A DNA stretch of 63,581 nucleotides, the filler included, from Choristocarpus tenellus KU-1152 (Eukaryota; Protista; Phaeophyceae), in NCBI GenBank assembly GCA_964200185.2. It is 13 parts of 13 records of this genome, joined end to end, with 100 filler letters (N's around TTAATTAATTAA, not from the genome) between each part and the next. Parts side by side here need not be neighbours in the genome. Positions count along the whole stretch, not along the records: positions 1 to 3,271 come from CAXNAD020021135.1; positions 3,372 to 6,462 come from CAXNAD020022387.1; positions 6,563 to 9,632 come from CAXNAD020022529.1; positions 9,733 to 13,450 come from CAXNAD020018324.1; 9 more parts are not named here. One strand, 5' to 3'. Below are positions 1 to 12,900 of the stretch, one piece after another. The notes beneath the pieces were generated by a model. The model did not search any database, had not been told where the DNA came from, and was given only the letters and a program-made list of their open reading frames with translations. The translations under genes and the position numbers were made by a program. The first letter of the stretch is position 1, and the number at the start of each line of letters is the position of its first letter.

Positions 1-210
1 TAAATAATTTTTATTTATGTTTAAAAATAAAAGTTTTTGTTATTTATAATAAAATAGGAAATAAAAAATAGAGGGGGGGGGGAAAGAAAAGAAAAAAGAG
101 AAACAAATGTAAAGCGTATGTTGTTACATTTATTATTATTATTATTGTAGTTTTTAGTTTTATTATCATTGTTGTTCGTGTTATAACCTCGGCGAAAAAA
201 AACTTAACAG

Positions 211-1837
211 GTTTGTGCTCATGGTGATCGAACTCGCGGTGTCCTTCGGCATCGGAGCCTCCTGCCTCATGTTTAGCCTCAACCTGGTACACAAGCTCCA
301 TGACGAGGAGCCCGACGCTCTTGGCTTTGCACAGAGGGTGCTGCCATCCACAGACTGGAACAGTGATGACAACGATGATGACTGTGGGTCCAGAGATCCC
401 GGTCTCTCTGATGGCACTGCAAGCAATCTGTTAGGCCTAGGGATAAGGCCTACATTTAGCAGCAACCATGTGGGGGGGGCGTTTAAGGGAGGTGAAAGGT
501 TTTCTAGAAGCCTGGGTGGCGATGCTGGGCGGTGGTCCGGGGACCTCCTGATAGGTGAGAGCATACACACTGTACCCTTCTGAACTTGAGGGGTTTTGTA
601 CTGGTGCTGTAAATGATTACCAATTGAGGAAGTAGACCCTCTTGTGTGTGCAGATTGTGCCGAAATTGACTGCACATTTTCAGAGTTGGAGCACAGGTGC
701 ATGTGAGTATCATATATAAATAATTTTATTTCAAGTACTGGGGAAAAAGTTCTCTTGGAAGGGATACAATTTGAGGAAGAGTTGTGAGTAACAAGCTCAT
801 TTTGACGTCAACATGAATGAGGTATCCAGAATACATCAGAGGAAGTGGTGACTAATAAGGGCCCTCACAAGTGAGGTACTATTTTACATGTATATTTTAT
901 TTGGTTTGCACATAGGCTGTGTATGTATGTTGTCAGTTCATATAAGAAAGTAGTCAGTAGTGCAGGTTTAACCTGATGAGAAGCAGTCCTGATCCGTAAG
1001 CGTTTATGTGGTGAGCTGCTCACATTCAATTTGGTGGATGTTGCATGGAGGCTAGGACTCTGCTAAAAATAGAACCTTCCTGGTGGTTGGGATCAGAGCT
1101 CACTGTTCTGTTGGTGCCATAATTTTGTGTGAAAGTAGACCAAATGTAACATATCTGTAGTGCTCCAATCACCGTGCTTGGATAGATGGAAAGGCCAGGT
1201 AAGCAAAGATGTAGAACACGCAGGATATCATGTTCTGTGTATGCTGTCCCTGATCGAGAGAGGAGAGTAACCACGTACAGCTGTCAATATCAAGGGTGTC
1301 AGTTGTGGGAATTTTCTGAGTGAATCCAACACACAGTTCAGATAGAAATGTCTCTATGGAGCGCCGCTACTGTGCCATTAGTCTGGAAATAGATAGACTA
1401 TGACTTGCTTTTCTTAGGTGAGAATGCGAAAGTGTTGCAAGTCATAGTAACTGAAACGATTTGAATCGGTTATGTTGCTATTTGAATCGGTTATGTTGCT
1501 ATTTGAATCGAAACCAAGAGGCGAGGGGCGATTTTCGAATAGTTATTTTTCGCGCCAATGCATGCTGCAAGCATTACCTGTGGACTGAGCGATTCGCACT
1601 GTTCGTTCATGCGTGGCATCTAGGTTTAGATTATAGTAGACCACAACAGTCAGTTGTGAAGTCTTTCTAGTCGATTTGACTTACACATTCATAAATTATT
1701 TTTTACAGCGGTAGAACTTGGGCATACTTGGTGCATCCCTGTTCCTCCTGAACGTCCCCTTCAAGTTCAGTAGTGGTCTATAGTCAACCAAGTTGTTGTA
1801 GTGATAATCTTCAAAGCAAAGAACTGACTGTACGGTG

Positions 1838-1869
<32 letters not shown>

Positions 1870-2423
1870 CAGACTGATTGATCCTCAGCATGGCTCGTGT
1901 TGTGCATAACATTGCTCGTTGTTTCGTGCCTGTTGTCTGCACGTTTGATTGGTGTGTCTATGCTCTCCATTCTTTTTTGGGTATGTGGAAAAACAAAAAA
2001 CTAAATGTGGATGTGCATTTTCTGTAAAACAAAGACAATGAAACGCCTGCTGAAGAAGAGTGGTCGTCTTCAGGCGATGGCGATGGCGATGGCGATGGCG
2101 GTGGCGGTGACGTAAGCAGCAGTGTCGATGAACGTGGAACAAGAGCCGTGAGAAGGCATACGACCTCCAGTCCAAGGGCTCATTCCAGCCCAGGGGCTGT
2201 GGAATACCGGTTTCAGGGAGAAGAGCATGATGAGGATCTGGTTGATGATGCCTGCAGTAGTAGTGAGCAAAATCTATACCAGAGGCTGTTGGGAGATGGA
2301 TTTGGAGGAGGCAACGGTGGTGGCAATGGCCGTGGTGGCAACAATGGTGGGGGAGGATGGGGGGGAGTTGATTCTTTTGTTGAAGTGCTTCAGCCGTTTA
2401 CTCGGTATATACGATTGTGGTGA
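211..2423 (+). CDS. Last two exons (211-554, 2035-2423) of an unidentified protein with a hydrophobic segment and a low-complexity C-terminus
   Basis: AG at 209-210, GT at 555 and AG at 2033-2034. The phase-1 join reads ...GDLLI-D-NETPAEEEW... and stays open to TGA at 2421-2423. The 5' part FVLMVIELAVSFGIGASCLMFSLNLV is TM-like. Confidence 0.6.
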
Positions 2424-3035
2424 AGATCCTCAAGATAGGGTTGCTTTTTTTTGTGCTATGTGTTGCGTGGGTTGTATGCCCCTAATGTGTGTGAATATGA
2501 CTCTTGAGTGATGAGTCCCCATGTTGTTGTGGGGTGATCGCTTGTTTGATTGGTATGTGAAATCGAATAATCCTTTCTGCTCACTGAAGTACACCAGTCT
2601 GTATTTATTTTTTCTTGTGATTTCTGGTGTTGCATTGTTTGCCTCTTTTTCATTTTTTCGTGCATGTATGTTACTTCTGTTTTAGTTGTTTGTGCTGTGG
2701 TGTATGTACATACTACATACTTATCGACCACTGCACCTGTACAGAGTTGAATTTTGTGTAAGTTATTCATGAAGGGCAACTAACTGGTAAGAATGGTGAA
2801 ATGGGCACGCAATGAAGGAGGTTGCAAGAGGACGAGGCAATCTTTATTTGGTTGGTATTGTTGATAGTGCTGCGCACAGGACCCTAAGTCATGAGCAAAC
2901 AACAATGAGGAAAGGGTTGATATTCCAAAGAGACTATGTTGTACATTACAGTACCTATACCTTAAACAAGGAGTGTATGGTGATATGGAGGGACATGTAC
3001 ATGCTCTTCCTTTTGCGTGATCTCAAGTTCCCACA

Positions 3036-3271
3036 GACCCATAGTATCCTAGAAAATGGGGGGGGTTAGACCAGGTTGTCCATTCAGGACTCAATGGAGT
3101 ATTGTAAAGCATCCTGGTTTGATGCCTGTTTTGCAGGCAATTTTCCTTTGGATTTGGTCCAAGCAGGGGGGATGGAAAAGGAAGGTGCATGCAGATGAAG
3201 GAAACTGCCGAAAATGAAAATCACTATAGGGTCACAAAGGACCCGAATGGACGTCTGACCCCCCTAGGATG
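3036..3271. mobile_element. Bipartite-end MITE, family M3 (right end truncated by contig break)
   Basis: Left end is GACCCATAGTATCC-28 bp-GTCCATTCAGG. The inverted right arm CCCGAATGGAC-14 bp-GGATG runs into the gap. Internal 3139-3209 recurs at 34622-34692. Confidence 0.6.
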
Positions 3272-3371
3272 NNNNNNNNNNNNNNNNNNNNNNNNNNNNN
3301 NNNNNNNNNNNNNNNTTAATTAATTAANNNNNNNNNNNNNNNNNNNNNNNNNNNNNNNNNNNNNNNNNNNN
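3272..3371. other. Artificial contig linker (N44-TTAATTAATTAA-N44). Identical linkers start at 6463, 9633, 13451, 16538, 19341, 22212, 30332, 34522, 37474, 48995 and 60968
   Basis: Twelve identical 100-bp spacers carrying stop codons in all six frames. Confidence 0.98.
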
Positions 3372-3396
3372 ATATTCAGTGAACTGTAGTTGCTCA

Positions 3397-3574
3397 GACC
3401 TAAAGTATCTGGGGGGGGGGGGGGGCTTACACCAGGGTGTCCATTTGGGGCTAAATCAGGAAAACTGCATTTACATTATCCATCCAACGTATGAAACCAA
3501 ACCACCCAAAAATGGCAAAATGAAAAAATTGACCCCAAATGGACGGGCACCACCCCCCCTAGATACTTTGAGCC
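3397..3574. mobile_element. Bipartite-end MITE, family M2 (G-rich spacers), complete copy
   Basis: One end is GACCTAAAGTATCT-28-GTCCATTTGGGG and the inverted end is GGCTCAAAGTATCT-16-GTCCATTTGGGG. It is flanked by the direct repeat TCA (3394-3396/3575-3577). Confidence 0.85.
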
Positions 3575-3598
3575 TCACCTCCTAGAGCACAAACGAAC

Positions 3599-6365
3599 CT
3601 GGTGTCCATGATGGCACACCCTGGCACACTTCTTACAGACACAAGACATCCCACATGTTTCACAAGAGTACATTGGCTCTGGGTTGGGACCCTGACCTCT
3701 CCACTGGGGGCGACGAGGGCAGCGCCAATTCTGTAGAAGGGAAGACTCCCAGTGCCGAAGCCCAACATGCCTGGGAGAGGTAGGAAAGGGTTGGGAAGGT
3801 TTGAAGACGGGAGGTGAGATGGAAGGAAGAAGAAGAGGTGGAGTGTGTGGGGGGGGTGGTTAGTTTGAAGGTTGAGGTAGTAGTGCAAAGGAATCGAAAA
3901 AGTATTGCTCTGTTTCACTTTACCACCACCCTCTGTTCACTGCAGCAAGGTCCACATCATCAACGTAACTTGGCAAAGAATGTCAATGGGATGTCATCTT
4001 ATGGTGGCAAGATAGCCTCTCCCCACACTAAGGATGAAAGGGGGCACAAGTTCCTGTTTAACCTTTATTTGGGGTTACGGTGTCTTACCACAGCAATATA
4101 GCACAGTCAACATGTCTATCCCAAAGAAAGTACATTGAACAAAGAGAGGCATGATGATGCAAAGGGTAATGTAAGGATTGTATCAATCCCCTTCTTGATC
4201 AGTCGCATCAAAATCATGTACCTGCCAATTATTTTCTTCCATCGTTTATCCTTCTCCCAACCTTTGGCAGGCGGTGAGTCAAACAATGCTAATCCCACAG
4301 AGTGTCGCTCTCCAGTAGCCAGCCTCAAAAATAGGTGTCGCCCATCTCCAGAGAAGTGTACATTAGTAGGAGCCAACTGAGACAAATTGGGGAAATATGA
4401 CCTAGTAAATGTGAGGGGGTAGGTACTGCAGGGAGTAGGATTTGGGAGAGGAGTGAAAGTATCTTAGAGGGTACAAGTTTTGGCCTGTTTGTCCATTTGG
4501 GGCATGGCTTCCCTCGAGGATTTATGACATTTTCCTACTCCAAAATATTACGGAGTAGGTAAAATGTGTACATTATGAAAAGGTGTGTCCGGAACAAGGA
4601 TGTTGACACTTCCTAACAAGCACGATAGCCAAAATTAAATCAAATCGCAACATTGAATTGGCCCCCAAATGGATGTGACTCTACCCTTTAAGATACTTTG
4701 GCACAGAGGGAGACACCTCTCTATCCAATACTTGAAGTATACATTGCATAAGTTGAAGATTTTGGTGTTGTCTATGTGTGTGCATAGCATATTTGCGGTT
4801 CTTTGTTGTGCTGCAGCCCTGTCAATAGCCAAAAATGTTATCACAATGACTCCTCTTCGGTTGGGTTCATTGCTGCAAGGGTGCAGCTCTTTGATGTCAG
4901 AACTGACCCTGACCTACTCTGACCCAGTGGTGGCTAGATCTCCCTGTCAAGTTTCTCACTCTCATCTTGTTCTCACTCCTACACCCTTGCCTCTCTACCA
5001 GCAGCCAAGGCCTCACCCTCAAATCTCTATTATTTCCTAGTCCCAGCTCCCCAGACCAGCCCCTGCCCCATGCAAAGAGAGCACCCTGTACGGAACAAGC
5101 TAGGCTGTAAGCTTTGCCTGCTGCGACTGACATAACCAAATCTCTCCTGCGGGAATAAGACAGACGAAGGGGGGATTGGAAAGCTCCTGATACCTCCATG
5201 TCTCAATGAAATGCTAAACATAACTCCTTACAAGCTCACACCCATCCAAACTGCATCAGTTATTGTTGATGTGCAAAATAAGGGATGGCACCAATGATTC
5301 TGCAGAAAATCAACAGGTGAAGGATACCAGATTGTCGAGCTACAGGAGAGGGATCTTTCCCGTCTCTAGGGTGCCACACATGGTCATCCTACAATTGTAC
5401 AAAATTCTGCGTCATTCTCTTGGCAACTGTCGAGGAATATGATGCGAACACGTGGGTTCAATTTCGTCTTCTGATCTTTATCTTTCATCCAACACACGGC
5501 AGCAAATGACACAGCATTGCGATCGAGAGACATAGAAATTCGAGTCAGACACACAGTGACCAAGTCTAACACTTCTTATATTTTTCTATCTCTACTGCAT
5601 TTCACCCGACTCTTGATCAAAGTTGCCCCACCCTTCTTTTCTCACTTGTCAAAAGCCACTTTCGTGGGCTTCTTCACCTCACCAACCTGGCAATGAAGCA
5701 AAGGAGGATGTAGTCAGTTTTTTAGCTTGATCTACTGTTTTGTTTTTGGGGGGGTGTTCTCACCTACAAGCCTATTCTGTGGTAGGGTTGGCCTATTTTG
5801 TACTCGAGTCGGAGTATGTAAAATAACGAGAACAGTAATTAGAAGTGCATTTCGAAGTCCATCATGTACTTATCTGCACATTCGCACACCATCCTTCAAA
5901 ATATATTGTTTGAAATTTCGATCTCTCCATCTCCCTCTTGTAACCATCTTATGTGCCTGATTCGAATCTCCTTCTGAGAATGCTTCTAGAACAATCGCTT
6001 CACAAGTTGAACTCACTGAAAATGGCAACAATGAGAGACCAGCCTTACCAGTTAATAAGGGCACTCCTTCACAGTAATGTCAAGGGTGTGTGGGTGCAAA
6101 GGACAGGTATGCACGCCAACAACTTACCCATTGATCCAGTCCAAGCTGTCCATTGAAGCCAAATCCCCATGCATAAACAATACTCTCCAGCCCCCAGGGG
6201 TTAGCCAGGGTCACTGGTGCTGACCGATGGGCAAGTAGTAGACTATGGGCCCCTCCAAGAACTGCCTCAATTACCCCATACCCACGGAAACCCTTTGGCC
6301 AGGATCGGATCCGGACAGGGTTGTTTCTATTTCGTGTATTCCCATTTCCAAGGCGACCATGGGCC
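3599..6365 (-). CDS. RCC1-repeat protein with a UBR-box-like Cys/His zinc finger (partial; exons 6365-6128, 5686-5646, 5146-5017, 4376-4222, 3770-3599)
   Basis: Five GT-AG exons, all phase-compatible. RCC1 motifs are HGRLGNG..PVRI, GGAHSLLL, VYAWGFGFNGQLGL, VAAGKAYSLA..GALFAWGRGWSGELGLG and LATGERHSVGL. The last exon reads YSCETCGMSCVCKKCARVCHHGHQ. Confidence 0.88.
4451..4704. mobile_element. Bipartite-end MITE, family M1 (~255 bp), complete intronic copy
   Basis: One end is GAGTGAAAGTATCT-26-GTCCATTTGGGG and the inverted end is GTGCCAAAGTATCT-16-ATCCATTTGGGG. It is flanked by AGAG/AGAG and has an internal CCTACTCC..GGAGTAGG palindrome. Homologous to the copies at 9440, 12535 and 35905. Confidence 0.9.
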
Positions 6366-6562
6366 CTGAGGAGGGGGGGGGGGGGGGGTTGGGGGGAGTT
6401 GACACTTCAAGCGCGGCGGGGATAGACTGGTTGCCCTTACCCCATTTCAATTATTTTTTTTTNNNNNNNNNNNNNNNNNNNNNNNNNNNNNNNNNNNNNN
6501 NNNNNNTTAATTAATTAANNNNNNNNNNNNNNNNNNNNNNNNNNNNNNNNNNNNNNNNNNNN

Positions 6563-9439
6563 AAGTTAATTTTGAGGCGGGGGCGAAAGAAGCGAAGTGG
6601 AGAAGCAAGATATATATGCAGGCACATGCTCCTCAGCATGTATATGGAAGTATAGATATAAAAAGGGGTGATGCGTAATTTTTTTTTGTTTTATTTCTAC
6701 AGTAGTTTACGAAACAGTTTTGACAGCTGCTCTCATCCTTCAATTTTTTTGGTGGGGAAATCAAAAGCCAATCAATCAATTACAGTGTATGATCATAAAC
6801 CATACATGGATGCAACAAGCGTGAGCCACAAGCCATAAGGTAGTATCTGTCCATATAAAAACACTATGTGGCTATCGAACTTGCATGTCTTGCCTAATTA
6901 CCTGGAGAAGATCTGATCGATTTTGATGTGCGTGTGCCCCACCATCATAAAATGTATCTCGACCACACGAATGATACTCGCCGCGACCAACAGCCCCACA
7001 TATCCGAGAAATAAATTGTTCTTGTTCTCTGAGACGCAGTTATCGACCTGGTCAGTTTGGGGAGTTGGGAGCGAGGGAGGGATAGGCGTGAGGCCGATAT
7101 GTCAGCCCATTTCGCCGCGTTTCATGGAGGAACAGGGCATGTTTCCAGTACTGCTAGAGCGCAAGCTCTACATCACCGCCATCATAAATGCAACAAGCAA
7201 CACACTAACCAAAACTAAAGACCGTGCAGTTAGAGTTTTGGTGACCGGTATTCAGCGAGTATGTGTTGAGTAGGTCGTGTCAAGATGAAACATTCTTACC
7301 TGCCAATGCCCGTGCTGGATGATGTGACTCCCCGCGTGATCGAGGCTGTTGTGGTACTTGTTGATAAGCCTAGTTAGTGAGGGCAAGGTGGGCGGCTGTG
7401 CAGACAAGGTTACAACCTGTGCAAACGATGATGTCCGTCGTTAGTTGGCAAATAGTACTCTGCTTACTTACGCATTGTTTATTTGGAGCTAAAAAGAGGG
7501 GTAATGGAATTTTTTTGCAATGTAGAGCACATACACCCGAATGGCTGATATACATGTCTGTGGGTTTTCCTCCTCGTTGATTAACTCTTATGCTCCTCTC
7601 GCCCTAACCCTAAGCTGAGGCGTAGGAGGGCAGGGGAGCACAGCACATCATCAGTTAATCGACTGTTCACTAGGCCTGCGGTATCTGTAGGCACATCGTG
7701 TAGGGATGTACTCGTCCTCGGGTATCTAATCTTAGGCAGGTCCACTCGCCACGACGGTAAATGAAGTGGTGGGTGTGCAACCAGCATCTATTCAGTCATA
7801 TTATTGTTTGCCACGACCAACATTACGTACCTCCTCCAAGATTGATAGGAGTGAAGAACACCTCTGCGAACTGGCCTTCGACGTGTGCGACCATGATTTG
7901 CTGGCGCTTGGAGTAGCCCCTGATAAGAAGGACATGAACCAAAGAATCGTGTACAGAAAGGTTCTACGGTGCGCCATCATCATGATGAACGGAATAGGCA
8001 GTGGAATTATGTGAGTCTGTTTTGGCGGTTATTTCTTGGGACTTTGCACTCATTCGTAGAATAAAACAGGGTCGTCTATTCTGTTCCGCGTGCGGCTGCA
8101 GACTTGTTGTCAGATGGACTATGCGTGCGTGTGGTTACCTGTCACCGCCGTGGGTAGGTGGGTAAAGTGCTGGGAGGGCGTGTGCTGTTTGGTTCGCGGC
8201 GTCTACGGACATGAGCACAAAGCCGAGAGGTTTGCCGTCGGCTTTGGTCCGCATGGCGCTGCTGGTGCTGTTGGCGATGACTAGTCGACCGGCTTGGATA
8301 ATCTGGCGAATGGGGGAGAGCAACATAACGTCTGTAAATCAATAAATCTGCTCAGAGTTGTAAAAAAAATGGCCACTTGTTAACACGTATCAGGTTAGTA
8401 ACAAAATGGAGTGTAGGTAACAATAAATGTCTTTGGATATGTTTTTTAATGCTGCGTTCAATACAAACACAATATTATCGGGATTGTCAGAAGCACGTAC
8501 GTACGGGGCCTGAGAAGTCGCTACAATACCTGTCCCTCCTACATCCCGTTGTTCACGACCAGGAAGCAGTCTATCATACACCATGTGTGGGCAGGTAATA
8601 AGAACGTTTTTGCGGTGATTGGGGGTTAGGCTGCTGCCATTAGCACCTGCGTGGGAGTCTTCATTCGCAAACGGAAACAGATGTTCTTCAAAATGGAGGG
8701 CATGACGGCAACATGTTGCAACTGTACGCTTGTTGCAAAATTAACGCTAGACACCTACCTCTCGATGGTCTGACAACTCCTTATCGATGGACTCGAGGAC
8801 GGTGGAGTCGTTCGTGGGTTTTACACCAGGCGCACCGTGCCGCTTCTCTTTTAAGGTGACACATATGTCACATTTCATAAACTCGCCTCCTACCCTCACC
8901 CTGATGTTGGGCCTGTCCTCTCTGAGCAATCGGAGGAAGTGCGCCTTGCTTACCCGCTTGGAACGGTCGTCAGGATACACCCCTATTGCCTCTTTGCAAA
9001 ATCCTTGTATAGTTCCTAATTAAAAATCTTGGTTGTGTGGGCAAGTGAGGAGTTATTGAGAAGGAACACTCGAAGAACACCCCTGGAAGATCTCTCGGAG
9101 GTGGGCTGACCAATACCTTGACTGAGAACGCGGAAGACAGGATCAAGCAAGCTTACATCGTGCGTTACGAAAGAGCAAACACAATGATCTTCGTAAATCT
9201 TCCATGAGCGTCATTCTGTTCGGGCCTCGCTGCCGCTTACAGAAGCGGCAAAGGAGGCGAATCTACCATCATCATCATCATCATCGCGAAGCGCTTTAGA
9301 CACACGAAGTACACACACACTTTTCCTACCAATGTCAGACCGGGACCGGGGCCGCAGAGTATGTGTACACGGTGTCGAAATAACAGTTACTGTGCCTTCC
9401 TTCGTAAAAGCGACGAAGAGTATCATCATCAACATTGTA
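6563..9439 (-). pseudogene. Intron-containing DUF7869/Sola-like DDD transposase, copy 1 (decayed, partial)
   Basis: Exons are 9015-8759 (FLRLLREDRPNIRVRVGGEFMKCDIC), 8302-8139 (MSVDAANQ), ~7919-7831, ~7416-7300 (GCNLVC; 4-bp insertion frameshift) and 7047-6902 (Q-VDNCVSENKNN...FMMVGHTHIKIDQIFS). Colinear, including introns, with 32171-34500. Confidence 0.8.
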
Positions 9440-9632
9440 GAGCCAAAGTATCTTAGAGGGTAGAGCCCTGTCCATTTGGGGGTCAAAATCTATTGTTGCG
9501 ATTTTGATGTAATTTTTGGTATTGTGTTTGTTAGGAAGTGTCCATATCCATGTTCTGGACACACCTTTTCATTACGTATACAATTTACCTACTCCGAAAT
9601 ATTTTGGAATAGGAAAATATCATAGAAACCCC
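9440..9632. mobile_element. MITE family M1, reverse orientation, truncated by contig end
   Basis: GAGCCAAAGTATCT-16-GTCCATTTGGGG followed by the reverse complement of the M1 body, including its palindrome. Confidence 0.88.
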
Positions 9633-9964
9633 NNNNNNNNNNNNNNNNNNNNNNNNNNNNNNNNNNNNNNNNNNNNTTAATTAATTAANNNNNNNNNNNN
9701 NNNNNNNNNNNNNNNNNNNNNNNNNNNNNNNNCCCCCTGATGTTTTGAGGCACTATTAGACTGGATACCTTCATCCTCATATGATGCAGTGCATACTGCG
9801 GATAACCCCAACCCTCAATTTGAAGTATTCGAAGTCTTTCTTAGCTCACATAACCAGAGACAATATCTGGGCAGCAAGAGCTATCCTCTTTTGGAATCCC
9901 TCCAACCTTTCCCTCTTCCTTGCCCTGCCCTGCCACATTCCCCACCTTGGCACACTTCTTCCAG

Positions 9965-12900
9965 ATTTGATGTTAAGATGAGCCTTGAAGAGGGTGCCAT
10001 ACAAAGCATTGAAAATAAGTTCAATGAAAAGCAAGGACAATTGGGAAAGCTGGCCATGGAGATACGTGGATTGAGGGTGCCATCTATGGAGCCCAAGCCG
10101 CCACAAGTGAGTGACAATTTCTTCAGTTCTATTGGCTTGAATCCTCTCAGTCAAAGTTAGAAAATATGGCTCAAAGTATCCGGGAGGGGGTGTCTGTTTC
10201 CCAAAAATATTCAGATGAAAACACACACTCTACCGTGCGACAAANNNNNNNNNNGTGATTTGGTTGCATACATCGGATGGAAAATGTAAACGCACTTTTC
10301 CTGATTTTGGGCGAAATGGACACCCTGGTGTAGACTCCCCCTCCCCCCCCAGATACTTGGGTCTATCCTGAACCTCAAGGACTATAGTATTGACTTTTGA
10401 CTAACCCCTCCTCTACTCTGATAATGACTGTGGCTGGGGACTCAACAGCCGCCTACACTTCAACCAGATGCCATAAAATGCCCAGATGTCATCGACGGAC
10501 AAGGTCTGACCAAGATGCGGCAAGACCAGGTTGATGCTATCAGTCAGGCTATAAGGTACACAATGTGGAGGACTACCGATCTATTCCTCCCCCCGCTCTC
10601 TCTGTTCTTGTCATTGGTGAGCAACCATATAGGTATTTTGGGCTTAGCATATGAGAGAGGAAACACACTAAATTACAAAGTCTTTGAAAGGCAATACAAA
10701 CCCTCTGGTGCAACGAATGCTCCCATCTCTTACTCTACAACAGTGCCCAGAATCCAAACAGTAAAGATCCTTTCCAGCAATACATCTGCCGCATCCCAGT
10801 CATTCAACCCTCCAACCTTTTGTGCACCTAACCCTAGACCTAACAATTCACCCTTATCCCTTGCCCAAACCTTATACTACCTCGTTCACCCTCAAAACCT
10901 ACTATTCTACTCAAACAAAACTTGCTTCATCAGGGATGGGGAGCATGACCATGGTGAGATCATCACACTCCCAGAACAAAAGAAGCTCACCTCTGGTCAG
11001 CAAAAAGAACTGGGGTTGGTTGTCAAGGAACGAAAGGCAAAGGTGGAAGAAATGCGACAAGAGGAGATTGACAAGTATGTGTAATGGATACAGGGTGTTT
11101 GGATAGAGGGGGGATTGGGGCAGAGCTGAGTGGATGCTTGGTGCATGTGTCCTTGTGTATAAAAATATATTATTGAGCTTACAGCTACTCAACAAAGGTG
11201 ATTATTTGGAGTGGATTGATTGTCGTATTCGGGAACAGTGTTATAGTAGAGCTTTATGAGGAGAGAAATTTGAATGCATGTGATGATATACTGTAGTAAC
11301 ACTTCAATGTATGTTATCATCTGATCTTAGTCTGGAATCAGAAACCTAACTAGACCTAAACTAGACCCAAACTAGACCCGACCTGGGGTCAGAGGCACTA
11401 CACACTGCCTTGCTTCTAGTAATACGTAGCATTATACTTTTCATACTACCTACTGCAACGAGTCAATGCACTACGACACATTACACTGCCCTATGCATGC
11501 CACTATGACCCAGAGTTATGAATTGTGCTCATGTGTGTGTATTCGAGCACCCACTTGCACTATTTTTCGGGAATATCAAAAGCACCCCTTCCTGAAATAT
11601 CTTGATCTCATGCCAATTGTATAACTCTGGAGCTAGTCAATGATTGATGCCACCCAGTGCTTTGCTCTCCGCTCATCGACCCAGTCCTTGCACTAGTTCG
11701 AACAACATATGCTTACTGTGTGCAGGTTCAACGACGATGTGGAAGTGTATAACTACAGACATAGTGAATGGGAAAGGTTGGAAAAGAAACGGAAAGTTTG
11801 CCTGGCCCAATGCTGCCATAGCGCTCGCCTTGAAAACTTGCTCCTGGACACAATGGCATTAAAAAAGAGGCAAGGTATTACGATCATCACGGGATTGCTA
11901 CGCAAATGCATACTACTAGCCCAATATGACAACTGCTGTGTAGGCTATTTTGCTGGAGTCTCCACAATCCCTCTGTGTTAACAACAGGGGAATGACATGG
12001 GGATCCACAAAATAGCCAATACGGATGTATGTATCTAGAGTGTTGCAAATGACAGAGGTTTGAAGTATTGGGCTACACAGTAAACCAATTCTCTGGAGAC
12101 GGCTATTAGTGGTTGAGTTATCTAACAAGCATAAATTTACTTTGATCGCTAAATCTGTCGATTCCAATCCCCGACAACACATATCGATCGCGCCCAGTAA
12201 TGTATGGATTTACAAAAAAGAAGTATCCCCCGGGGCGAAAAATACAGTAATTGACCAGGGTGGGATTCGAACCCACGCGTTTGCACACTGCGGCCTTAAC
12301 ACAGCTCCTTAGACCGCTCGGACACCTGGTCTCCACATATTTAGGTGTGATTTCATATTTATAATTATAGATACAAATAGTCTGACGATCAAATCTGTGG
12401 TCTCATCTTTCAAGTTATCTATGGTAGACCAGGGCCAGAACTTACAACTTATCAAAATGTTCAGAAATACGACATAATCCGTTTTCTTTGTCCCGTTCAA
12501 TTCCCTGTAGACTTTGCCCACTTTTTTGTCTCCTGAGTCAAAGTATCTTAGAGGGTAGAACCGCATGCGTTTGGGGGCCAAAATCCAATCTTCCGATTTT
12601 GATGTAATTTTGGCTATCATGTTTGTCAGGAAGTGTCATTATACTTGTTCCGGACACACCTTTTGTAACATATACATTTACCTACTCCAACACATTTTGG
12701 AGTAGGTAAAACATCATAAAAAACCTGTGGGAAGCCAAGTCCCAAATGGACAAACAGGGCCAAACTTGTACCCTCTTAAGATCCTTTCACTCTCAGTGAT
12801 CCCAAGATGGACCAAACTGGTGATGCAAGAGACACAATGGATCAAGTGTGGCTTATGCATAATGCGCTGGATGTATTTTTTGTTTGAGAGTTCCTTTTTC

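Noticed and set aside
4451-4704. Direct homology of the bipartite ends to RAG RSS/Transib
   Set aside because: No CACAGTG heptamer or ACAAAAACC nonamer, no 5-bp TSD and no RAG1-like ORF. The resemblance is only architectural.
6923-7273. Plus-strand ORF conserved with 32542-32892
   Set aside because: Antisense shadow of the minus-strand DN..ENKN/GHTH transposase exon.
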